Origin: Macrostomum hystrix
Lineage: Eukaryota; Animalia; Platyhelminthes
Assembly: GCA_950097015.1 (NCBI GenBank)
Contig: CATNEN010000033.1
Location: 2,976,001 to 3,040,000 of the forward strand
DNA: 64,000 bases
Direction: 5' to 3'
The notes below the pieces were generated by a model. The model was not told the DNA's origin. It was given only the letters and a program-made list of their open reading frames with translations, and searched no databases. Position 1 is the stretch's first letter. Each line of letters begins with the position of its first letter. The position numbers were made by a program, and so were the translations under genes. This document shows positions 48,261 through 60,500 of this stretch, piece after piece.

Positions 48261-49597
48261 TAATTTGAGTTCTTAAAATGGATTGCTGTCCAAGAAATTA
48301 GTTATAAGACGAGAAAACAGGACAAGGTTATTATTTCGATAAGCGAAAAACAAGGGGTATTCTAACTGGCAAAAACAAGAACAGATCGATGCGACGCCGA
48401 GTTGCGTGTATTTTTTGTTAGAATTTAATAAACAATTTAGTCTAGTCGAAAAAATTGCATTATTTGACGCACAACAAAATCACAGTGAGTTCAAAAGATA
48501 CGGAGGTTCAGAGCTAGGCAAACTGTACACAACACGGGTAGTTGCGTTGCTGGAACGAAAAGAAATGGAAAGAATTCAAAGATAGGCATTAGGTAAACAA
48601 AGTGTAAGTGCTGCGGACAACAATTCACTAAAAAGGCTATTGCTCACAGGTGAAAGAAAAGTCTGATTGCCAAAATCAAAATCAAAATCGGACAGAGGCG
48701 CAAAACAACAGGCTGGGCCGAGCTTCGGACTAGTCAGTGAAAAACAGACAAATAAGTGCCAGAGACCACCCTGTCTGTCAGTTCCGTCAGAAGCGGCTGC
48801 TCTCGCGGTCCGGTCTCTCTATTCCCGTCTCGATCTCGCAGTCGGTAAGCGGGGTTCGCTGCAAGGGAGTTAGAAGGCTGTTAGATTGGCTCGGCCAGGG
48901 TGCAGCAGTAGGTCAAGGCGGGTGCACTTTTGCCCAGCCCGCTGTGGGCTAGGAATGTGCGTCATCAAACACTTTTCTCCTATTAGATCACGAGACTGGG
49001 CTGTCACCTGACCCGCACTGGCTAGACGCCACTACAAAAAATGGGCCACACTGGCTGTTAATACAAGGCAAGGACGCGCGACCCAATGGGGTAAAGAGAT
49101 CGCGCAGAGAGACAGTGGAGGCAATGGCGGAGGGAATGCTGGAGGGAGTGCTGGAGACTGGGCGCTCAAGGCCGCTCACGTGACTAAAATCAGCCCACCC
49201 AGTACTGTCGGATGAAGCTGTTCTCTCCTCTCTCTCTTACTGCTCTATCTTCTCAGTTGTGGGCTGCTCAGAGCTGGCCGGGTGCGCGGGAACTGTGGTG
49301 CGCGCCGCCCACCCACGCGCAGTCGCCCGCACTCCACTGTCTGATCGGACCACGCCTTCAGTAAACTGCGCGTGCCCAAGTATTTTTATGCCTTATGGCG
49401 CTATACACTGACTGCATAGACCCATTCAAGGGGGCAGAAACACACCCGGTTAATAGTTGTTGCCAAGTGCACAAGTGCACACAATATCACAATTAGAATG
49501 CACAATTAGAATGGAGGTTTCATTCTAAATTTTATGCCACAATGCGCAATACATGCAATGTCAATGAATCTCAATGAAAGCTGCTATGTAGACTCAC

Positions 49598-52060
49598 CGA
49601 GTTGACCTTCGGCATGACGCCATAGTGCTTGCGGCCGCACTTGGCATCGCCGGAATCTACAGACAAACTGATGGACTGGCTGTCCTGCACGCGCAGGCAG
49701 TACATGGCCACAGCGACGCCCAGAATCAAGCAGACGCAGAGAGCGCCGATCACAATCCCGGCGATGGAGCCGACGCGAGCCTCCAGCGGTCGCTGCTGCT
49801 GATCGCTCGCCTGAGACGCCCCCTCGCCGGGGCTGTCGAACGCCTCTAGCGACGGCGTTTTAGGCTCCGACAGCCGGCCGAAGCCGGGCCTGGCAACGCA
49901 GGCGCCGGTGTTGGCGTCGTTGCGGTAGTTGGCGTCGCACAAGCAGGTGGGCTGGCCGGCGGGCGGCGCCAGGCAGATGTGCTGGCAGTTGCACTGAGGC
50001 AGCGGGCTGCGAGGCGGCTGCTGCACCAGCGAGTGGTAGACGGTGACGGACAGCATGGACTGAGAGGTGACATTCTTGGACATAATTGGCGACTCTGGCT
50101 GGAACTTATTGGTGAAGTGCAGCCGGCCTTGCTGCAACCGCGTCATATACAAGGTGTCCTGAAAGATGGCCAAATCGTGGTAAGTCTGACGGCGGACATG
50201 GACGCGCAGGTCGCGACCCTCCACGGTGGCGCTGTAGATGCCCTGGCTACGCATGTCGGTCCAGTAGAGGCGCGCCGGCATCTGCGCCATGTCGATGGCC
50301 AGGTAGCCGGGAAGGCCGTTGGGGTCCAGCAGCAGGCGGAAGTCGCTGCCGTCCATACGCATGCTGTAGATGCCCGGACGCACGCCGCACCACATGCTGA
50401 CGTAGACTGTGAACAACTCCGGGTCAACGACTAAGCCCCTGGGGCAGTCCAGAACGCGAACGACTGCCCGATAGCCGGAGGTCACGTTGATGATGCCTAT
50501 GTAGCCGCTGGCCCCGTTGCTGGCCTCTTCTCGCGGGTGCGTGTAGAACAGCAGGCCACGGGTCCAGTCGTAGGCGATGGCGTCGATGACGGTGTGGTTG
50601 AGGATGACGCGGTCGTTGGTGCCGTCGATCAGCACAGAGCCTACGTTGCCGGCGCGATTGTGATAGAAGATGCGGCGATTGGCGTAGTCATAGGCCAGGT
50701 ACTTCACGAAATACTCGCTGTGAACTACAACGCGTTTGTTCGACTCCAGGTCGAGATACTCGATGGCGGAGTCGGTGCTGTACAGCAGCTTGGAGGAGCC
50801 GGGGGCCACGCACGACGAACCATGCTTGACGTAGCCGTGCTGGCAGGAGCACTTAAAGCTGCCGATGGTATTGGTGCAGAGCTGGTCACAGGAGCCCAAC
50901 CGGTCGCACTCGTTAATATCCACGCACTGCTTGTGGTTGCTAGGCGAGACCTGGTAGCCAGGGTGGCAGGCGCAGTGGGCCATCACCTGGTTGTTGTTGT
51001 CCAGGAAGGGCTTGCACAGCTGCTCGCAGCCGCCGTTGTCGTTACGCTTGCACGGGTCCCGGGCGCTTCGATAATTGCGGCAGATCGAGTCCAGATCAGC
51101 GTCTGGCTGCGGACAGCGGGCGGTGCCGGCGCAGGCGGCCATCGAGTCAACGCAGGTCCGGGTGCCGTTGCACAGGTGGTAGCCGGCAGCGCACACCATG
51201 GGGCCGGGCGGCGGCGCGGTGGTGGGGCAGTCCATCTCGTCGCTGCCATCCGGGCATTGGACCAAGGAGTCGCATCGGTTGGCATCGAGGATGCAGTGCT
51301 GGCCGGAGCGGCAGGTCCAGTACATGGCCAAATTGCAGATTTCGTTGCTAGTGGTAGTGGGGCAGACCTCGTCATCACCAGTGCCGCAGTCATTATTTCC
51401 GTCGCACAAGAAGGACTTGGACACGCACTTGTCGCTGTTGCGGCACTTGAACTCGGAGCCGAAGGTGCACTGCTTGAAATCGCAATACAGCTCGTCGGCT
51501 TTGTCGGCACAGTCCACAATGCGGTTGCACTTCAGCTTCAAGTTAGCGCAGCGACCGTCGCACATGAACTCGCTCTTGGTGCAGACCTTTGTGCAGTTAA
51601 CCTCGTCCGATTTGTCGCTGCAGTCGGGGAATCCATCGCAGACATACTCCTTGCTGACGCAGTGCTGCTCGGTGGCGCAGGAGAACTCGTTGGAGCCGCA
51701 GGCGGTCATGGTCAGCTGCTTGTTGGCTGGGCAGTTATTTTCGTCAGACAGGTCCTGTAGACCGTCGCGCTGGCAGTCGTAGTGGCCGTCGCACTGGCGA
51801 CTGGCTGGGATGCAGTGACCGGGTGACTGGCAGGCGACCTGCGTGGCCGGGTTGCAGGCGCGCCGGCTGCACAGGGCCAGATTTTCATCGTCGCCAAGAG
51901 GACAGTGGACACGGCCATCGCACAGCAGCTCGTCCCGGATGCAGGTCAGTGGGCTGGATGTGCTGTTCCTCCTGGCGCAGGCGAACTGGCCAGGCTTGCA
52001 TGTAGTGGCTGCAACGGTGGCCAGAAGGGCTAGCAGTGTTAGCAAGGCCAACGTTTTCAT
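49598..52060 (-). CDS. LDL-receptor-family protein (LDLR/VLDLR/LpR architecture); main exon, probably spliced at 49598 to a short 3' exon I could not resolve
   Basis: Signal peptide MKTLALLTLLALLATVAA, six clear LDLa repeats plus one degenerate one, EGF-A, calcium-binding EGF-B (DINEC), a YWTD propeller (AYDY, AYDW, LYWTD), EGF-C, a transmembrane helix (IAGIVIGALCVCLILGVAVAMYCL) and a short tail. Strong donor TCG|GTGAGT at 49597. Confidence 0.92.
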
Positions 52061-52885
52061 TCTCAGCAGTTGTGAGACAAGGTGCTTTGCAATGCAAGGT
52101 GGTCTGAAGTCTAGCACTTTATAAATCTAATTTAAAACAGCACGCGACTTTGCAAAATCACAAGCCGCGCACCACCCTAATTCCGAAACAATTATGATCA
52201 TGGGACACAGGTGCCAATTGCCCTCCACCTCAGTGCAGGTGCCTTGTTTAAGCTTCGCACCCACCCACCCATTGTCAGGCGAGACAAACCAGCGAAGTCA
52301 GTGCATCCAGCCTGAGATTGGCGGCGTGGGTGGGTGGTGCGGGGTGACACTGGGGGTTTTAGGGGTGGCAGTTGGGTATTTTTGACTGGGGTGAGCATTT
52401 TGACCCTTATCTATAATATTTATCTTATTTGGACTTGATTATTGCGCGTGAGCTCGCGCTTTCAGACAAGCCGGCCAGCCGATATTTAAGTTTAAGTAAA
52501 AAAGTATATCCTGATTGCTGGGTGTGCCAAAACAAGCATTTGTTTGTCTGCAATAATGATAAGTCAGGCTCTGAGTATTCTGACAAAAAGCATACAAAAA
52601 TAGATTACACTTATGCATTCTACTGAACTTATGCACTTATGACTCTACTGACAATTGCGTCTAACTAAGGCCGGCAGAATTTGATACGATTTTTATGGCA
52701 CTTTTTTGCCCTATCAATGATAAATACTTAAATATTTTCTACATACTTAAATAGATCAAGTTTTTTATAAAGTGCCTGTGGGTCAATTAAACTATGAATA
52801 AGTTATGAAGGGAAATACGAGTCCGCATAGGCATATGCTGCCGCCAACTTATTAAAGCCTGGTACTAAATCGTCTTTTTACTTAC

Positions 52886-53344
52886 CCGAGTGTTCACATT
52901 TCAGCTCGGCATTGTTGGTGCACTTTACACGGCACTTCATTGAGTTGGAGATGCAGTAGACTTTGCCGTTAGGTGAGTGGCACGGAAAATGATTGGTGCT
53001 CTCTTCACAGTAGACAGGCAGTTCTGTAAAATCAATAAGAAACATTTTCTGCATCTTGTTTCGAAGAAAATAGCTTATAGATAGAATACTGCCCTTCAAA
53101 CGATAATCTCTACAATAAAATAATCCCAATATAGTTTAAAGCAAAGTGAAAAAAAATTGAAGGGCACTCTCAATAGCAATAGATTATGAATGCACTCACT
53201 TTCATAATCGAACTCGTTCATCGTAACGGGAATTCTGGGCTTTGCCAAGTCGATGGCATCCAGCCTCGCTGTAAAGTACATAAACGAAAGCAATAGCAAA
53301 ATCTTTACCGATTTGCAAAACGGACTATATTTCTTGTAGCCCAT
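52886..53344 (-). CDS. Candidate distal 5' exons of the LDLR-family gene: signal-peptide exon 53344-53200 and LDLa-like exon 53023-52886
   Basis: Strong Kozak gacATGg, hydrophobic ILLLLSFMYFTA, donor A|GTGAGT, acceptor TTTTACAG|. The phase 1-1 exon encodes YCEESTNHFPCHSPNGKVYCISNSMKCRVKCTNNAELKC (6 Cys) and ends at donor G|GTAAGT. Confidence 0.65.
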
Positions 53345-54545
53345 GTCGCTAGGTTAAAATGATTAATGGGATGCGGCTCGTGTGTCTCACAAACTAACTA
53401 CAAGTCAGAGAGCGTTAGCAGTTAAGTTTAATTCATCAATACTAAGCATGCGAACCTCAGTATATAGGATTGCCAAGCAAGTTCGCAGTGACCTTGAAGA
53501 ATGGCTTGATTCCCCCGCTTTCCATTGGATGGCTTTCGTACTGGGGTGGGGAAGGGAATTCCCGGGGGTGGGGTTTAAGGAAATGGAGCCAGGACACGAA
53601 ATGAGACTAACATGACGCGTCAAAATGACTAAGCAAAAATCTGAATGTCAGTTTGTGTAGATACTAGTAAATGAATAATTGTTTAGAAAATGAAGCAAAT
53701 ATTATGTCATTTCATAGGATTGCAGCTTAAATAGCACGAGTCCTAAGTAGAAAATTTTGGGATCTACTTTGCAATGAGCAGTAGTAAAGTGTGACTATGA
53801 ATACGCTCGTATTCTTTTCAGATGGTTAAGTTTTGCTAGCACTAAAAATACTCCGCACTAACTCAGACGCTAACGAAATTAAGTACGCTTAATTCTTCAG
53901 GGGTAAAAAATCGAAAAATCTCGAGAAGCCTTTACCCTTAACTCCAAGCTTCGCAATTAACCTTGACAGTTGATCGGTGTTTGTTGTTTGCTGAGTGTGA
54001 CTTGTGGGTGAAATGAATTAGACAATCATTGCGACTGGAAGTCCGATATATATATTATTCTATATGAGTAGTAGAGATCCGAGTTTGTTATAGTATGTAT
54101 CCAATCGATGCCTAACTATTTATTTTTAATTTTTCAAAGAGAGCCGAAATATAAGAACATTACATATGTATTACTTTTAGTAGCATCGAATATCGTGGGC
54201 TCGAAAACTTTAGAAACTCTATTAGAAAGGCACAAAAGTACATATCGATAAATTAGAGTTATTGAAAATCTAAACATGTGATTGAATTGCCAGAGCTACC
54301 AAATTATTAAAACACGATCGAATTGGAATTGTCGAGTACATACTGCAGTGCTTTCTCAATGGCTTCTCTTCACTTGGAACTGCGTAAGCAGAAAATTAGT
54401 TTGACAGAATCTAAGCGTACTAGTGGCATCCTGATTACCTGATTCACAAATATAAATCCGCAGAAACAAATATATTTCTCCTGAAGATAAATAAAAAATG
54501 ATCAATTGCTGGTCATTGAGCAGTTTTGATGAGGATGACGCAAGT

Positions 54546-57500
54546 CTAAATGGCAGTCAGCGGCCGCTGCTTCTTCATCACCGTTCTGACTGCGGCAGAC
54601 GATGGCTGCTGATTATCGGCGTGGCCCGGCTGTGCCGCAGCTGTTGCCGTTGGTGGCAACGGCGGCTTCTTCAGTACGGACTGTACTCCCGGCGGAGCCG
54701 CCGATGAGCTTGACGCTTCCGCTTGCGCGGTCGCAGCTGACTGCTGGTTCGGCTGCTCCGCTGTGGCCGCGGCCGTCGCCCCAACCGGTCCGGCCGCCCG
54801 CTGCACCGTCGGGAAGCTCTGGGCGAACCACTTCTCGAATTCTTCTTCGCCAATGTCCAGCACTCGGGTGCGAACGAATTCCACGGCCGCACAGACGTGC
54901 GGCGAGCAGAGCTCCCAGTCCCGCAGCGTCTCAAGCACCCGGAAAAACTGGAGCAGCGTGTGCCGGCTGCTGGCGGTCTGCGGTTGCGATGGGGTGCGAC
55001 AGACCTCACTTTGGTTCTGATCACTGATCACCGATCACTGATATCTGATCTCAGTCTGATCACCGATCACTGACATCTGATCTCAGTCTGATCACCGATC
55101 ACTGACATCTGATCTCAGTCTGATCACCGATCACTGACATCTGATCTCAGTCTGATCACCGATCACTGACATCTGATCTCAGTCTGATCACCGATCACTG
55201 ACATCTGATCTCAGTCTGATCACCGATCACTGACATCTGATCTCAGTCTGATCACCGATCACTGACATCTGATCTCAGTCTGATCACCGATCACTGACAT
55301 CTGATCTCAGTCTGATCACCGATCACTGACATCTGATCTCAGTCTGATCACCGATCACTGACATCTGATCTCAGTCTGATCACCGATCACTGACATCTGA
55401 TCTCAGTCTGATCACAGATCACTGACATCTGATCTCAGTCTGATCACCGATCACTGACATCTGATCTCAGTCTGATCACCGATCACTGACATCTGATCTC
55501 AGTCTGATCACCGATCACTGACATCTGATCTCAGTCTGATCACCGATCACTGACATCTGATCTCAGTCTGATCACCGATCACTGACATCTGATCTCAGTC
55601 TGATCACAGATCACTGACATCTGATCTCAGTCTGATCACCGATCACTGACATCTGATCTCAGTCTGATCACCGATCACTGACATCTGATCTCAGTCTGAT
55701 CACAGATCACTGACATCTGATCTCAGTCTGATTAACTAATTTTGGCGGGTCAGTTGACCAATGTGGTCAGTGAGGGTCAAATCATTGTGCCAGAAACACA
55801 CAGGTTCATGTGCTTAATATCCAGGTGGCTGTGGATAGGAGTTTATTTACAGAGCGTGACGATTTCATCAATTCAATTATTCTAATGAAAAGGTGGACTT
55901 CACCGACTTACCTCCTGCTGAACCTGAAATTGTAAGATTTGCCAATGGTATGGCGTTAGGCGTTAGGCCAAATAAAAAATCCAAGGGGGTGATGTTAGAA
56001 AGTCCTAGCCATAGACTGTAAATTAAACGGCGATTATCGTATATGAAATGCTATTTGCTTATTTATTTCCTCGCCTTGCGTGGAGGAAGTGAGCTGAGAG
56101 ATCTAGAATTCGAGCAGAAGATTACAATCGGCGTGGCAGACGGAGACGAGTGTCTGGAATTCAAGGACAACCGCATTTCAAAGACGAACCAAGGTGGCCT
56201 AAAGAGTCTGCGCGCGGAGCCAAAGGTCGTTCGCGACTTTCATTCAACTGACCATCAGATATGTGTTTTCTGCATGTACAAGGAGTACAAAAGTTATCGT
56301 CCGAGTGGCTGCGCAAGTGCTCTGTTTCTATCAGTGAATTGGAACTAGAAGCCGGATTCCGGATCTGATTGGTACACGAAAGGACCGATCAGACGTCATT
56401 CTCTAGCGAATACAGACAAGGAACTCCTGGGGCACGTAGCACCAGATGACACTGCGCTACACTAACCAGAGCTTGCGCAAGACATGTGCGACCCGCCTGC
56501 ATGAGGCGGGGGTGGAGCGCGCTGATATATGTCGAGTTACTGGCCAAAGCAGCGCAGCCGTTGAGGGTTACATCGAAGTTTCTGTGAAGCAAGAAAGGTT
56601 TACTACAGACGTCATCACTTCGGCCAGACCAGCTGTGCCTGCCAAGTCTGTCCCGAGGCACGTACATGTAGCTTCTCCGACTGACCCTCCGTGTGTTGAG
56701 CAGCAGTATATCACAGGCTGCAGATGGGGTTCAGCAGCATATCACAAGCTGTAGATTGGGGTTCAGTAGCATATCACAGGCTGCAGATGGGGTGCAGCAG
56801 TATATCACAGGCTGCAGCAGCAAAACTCACAAGCCTTAAAAAATTCAAGACCCAGAAGTAGCAATCCAAGCAGGAGGTGCTCACTGTGGCCATAACGTAG
56901 AGCTTATCCGCAATGGTCTTCATTTTCCGCGATTCCACGGCCTCGTCCGGCACCGACTTCATCAGCGAGTCGTACCAGGCGGCCACCACACTCAGCCGAC
57001 GAATCCGGCCTCGCTTCTGATCCACAGTCGGAGCCTCCGAGTAGCCAGCGGCGGCGCGGACGGCGGCGACCGCTCGGTGAGGCGTGGCACCAACTGGGAT
57101 TGCCGCGTACTTCAGCCGGCTGACCCGCTCGCTGTGCCGCTGAATGTGCAGAAGGCGGTCGCGCAGCTCCATGTCCCGCTCCTGCCGGCGCAGCGCCAGC
57201 TGAACTCTCATATCGGCGACAAGGTTGGCCTTCTTATCGCTGAGGAACCCGGATGGCCGATCAGGCGCCACCGGGGCGCTGGTAGGGGGACAGATTTTGA
57301 CAGGAATTTCTTTATTTCTGACCCTTCGGACCACTCACATGACATCAATCAACTCCAAACCTGACAGGTCAAAGACCCTCAACTGACAGGTCCCCGACCC
57401 TCACCTGACAGGTCTGTGTTTGGCGTCCTCCCTGACCACGGCTCGAAAACCCTTCCAGTCGGCGTACACGCTCTGCTCATTGTCCAGCTGGTCGCCAATC

Positions 57501-60500
57501 TCTCTAGCTGCCTCGGCCAACTCTTTGCGAGAAAGGCGGCGCTGCTGCTGCTGCTGATTCGGCGAAGATGGCTTAGTTGCCTCGGTGACTGACTCAGCTT
57601 CATTGTCTGCTCCGGCGTCTCCTGAAGCGGCCTTCGTTGTTCGATCGGAGGCTGAGAATTCAGGGCGGAAGTGGTTGATATTGAGAAAATTCGTTTAGCA
57701 GAGGGATAGGAGCAGAATGACTTGTAAAACCCCGATAATATGGCTAGTAGATGCACTCATTTGGTCTTTTAGGTTAGAAAACCGCAAAAATAACGTTAGT
57801 AAAAATGCAGGACACCGTTATTCGACTTAATTAGTGAGAATTACATCAAACACACTTCAAGCGCAATGATCGGTTGGCGTATTAACTTTTTTCTGAAGCT
57901 AAAATTTTCTAAAATGAAGTACGAGAACAACTGAAAGCTCTAACGAAACGTGTTAACTCTTAGGTGGAATCCGACTACCAAAGCTCACGAAGGAACGCTC
58001 AACTTTGGATCGTCGAAAATAGCCTTTCATTTTTCTTGGTTTAGGTCGGCTCAGATATTGAGTGCTTCCCGAAGGTTTTTTAACCCTTTTCAGTGAATCA
58101 TCGTCGTCCTATTGTCCCGCTGACTCTCTCTGTCATCACCATCACTAGGAAGTAAATTTCTTAATGATGTCTTCAGGAGAAGACCTTGATGCGGTGCATC
58201 AAGGTGACAGTCCGACTCGGTTATCCCGTTATTAGTTCTTGCCTGAAAATGTCTAACCAAAATGCCTACACTGCTACTCATTTAGTAGGTTGTCGCGCGC
58301 ATTGGCGGATGCAGCCAAAGGGAAGGAAACATCAGAGTTCGGCGCAGGGTTCGGGGCCAGCATGGCTCCAGCGCTGCGCCTGACAATAGGCAGTCTGGGA
58401 ACCTACGGTCGCCGGAGACGGAGGAGTCCGCGTCTGCCCTGGACAGTTGACCGGCGGGAGCCATCTTCATGAGGGTGGACATCACGATCAGTTTGTTCCA
58501 GATGCCGCCTCGGGACTCCTGTGGCTCATCCACAGAGGATCCTGCATGCGTGAGTCGCGCAAAACTGTTTGGTCTCAAAGCACAGGATTGCACTCAAAGC
58601 TATGCTCAAACCAGATAGATAAGATTGATATAGACCACACTGGTGTACAGCCAATCTGAGGGCACAGCCGCCTCAATTGCATCTAAAGGCTGTGGACAGC
58701 TGTTCAGTCCATGGACTGGTCTCCTGGCACCCTTCAACAGCTAGGTGAACTGAAGCAAATCGTTATTAACAGTCTTGCTAAATGACAAATTGTTCCCTTG
58801 GGCTTCGAACTCAAGACATCCCGGTTTGGGAGTCGTTACAACCTCCTCCAGTCAAAGTGACCAATAATTTGAGCCCATTAACCAAGGCCGTATTAAAGCA
58901 CTGTAAGTCACGTGTGAAGCACAAATACTTATATGGAGCATATCATTGGATTATGGATTCCCAGTCACCGATAAGTAGTTGAGTCTTACGCTTGGAGTCC
59001 ATGACAGTCACTGATAAACATGGTGCTGGTTGTTTCAAAGATAAACGAATTTCACCTGGTTTGACACTGCAGTGCATGCTAATTATAATAAATCATGGTC
59101 TTAGCTGTGACTACAAACAGAACTACGGGCTAAGGCTTAGAATGTGCGAACACACGACTCACTGGTGCACTGACACAAGGTTATTTGGAGCGATAATTAG
59201 CGGCAATGCAGCCTTAGAGACCACAATAAGCTACAGGTGCGCCACTCGACACCACAGCAACAATGCGGTCCAGGGATGGAGCCAGCGAGCGCGGGGTTGG
59301 GGTGGAAACATGCTACTCTTCCAGGAAAAACTGTCTTCAAAAATATTTCAGCGTGCTTGTTCGAGCCTGTTTCTCCATTATCAAGTAGCGAATAGTTGCG
59401 ATTGCATTTTGGTAATAATATTTATTTTTTTGCACGAGGGCACATCATTTGGTGACACTAGACCCCCAGCCTGCGAAGAGACAATTCTGCCCATTTCGCT
59501 GACTCCTGAGCACACACGCACACGGATACCGTACTTATCTGCCCTGACTTTCTCATTGTCAGGCAGTATACACTTTCACTGTGCCTTGGAGGTTGGCCGT
59601 CAAGGGCGTAAATTGCACGACAAGCCCCCCAAGCCTTCTCTCCGCGACTGCGCCCTAAACTTTACGTGGCCTCCAGGCTGAAATCGAGCTCAGGGGCCTT
59701 GGTGCGAGAGGCAGACGCGTCAACCGCTCAGCCAGTCAACCTCAGCCTTTTTGGTAATATTTTGACAAAAAAAAGATTTTTGAAGACTGATGCTTGGAGC
59801 CGACAGGAAGCCACTAATTTTTTTCATTCCACTCAAGGCCAAGCAAGTTCTCCCATTCGCGAGCAGTCGCCAGGCAGCTTTAGAGCACCACTTCGATAAC
59901 TTCAAAGCTGAATGAAGAAAATGTTTTTTTCAAAGAATGAAGCTGATTTGGCTTAATTTACAACTCGACTTTTCAGCATGACAGCTTATTGAGGTTACCA
60001 TGGCAGCAAATAAGCTGGGATTTCAGTAAATAGGATTATTTGAGAATCGTCCAAACAAAAGAAATTTTGCGCTTTTTAGCTGGATCTCGGCTGACCTAGC
60101 TGCCGTTTGCAAACAGGAGAGTCCGCCTAAAGTGGGATGAAAGCGACAGACAATGGCTTCCCGTCCAGATGCTAGTGACAGGTGCATGAGTGGTTTCTCT
60201 AAAAGGTGTTTGAAGGAACTTGCGCTACGGGATTGGTGAGGAAATTTCGGATCAGGAGTCCGGTCAGGGCTTGGGGAGTTTCGCATGTACCAGCATCCGC
60301 AGGCGGTCCGGTGCTGTCCAGTTCCCAGCTGGACACAGCTGGGCTCGAGGCTAGAACAGAGGGGGCGAAGGCGGAACAGATCCCTATAAATTCGCATAAC
60401 ACGCAACCCAGAAATATGTTACCTACTATGAGAAGACATGAAAACTCTAAGAAACTACAAGTCAACATTGGCGATTGGCATTTCATTGTGACCACAACAT

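Noticed and set aside
48988-49183. Candidate last exon of the LDLR gene
   Set aside because: The acceptor at 49184 in phase 0 gives only SRERP*, and the longer ORF there is in another frame; it cannot be assigned.
58992-59681. 229-aa plus-strand ORF
   Set aside because: TTG start, no domain motifs, and its 3' third is the reverse SINE copy.
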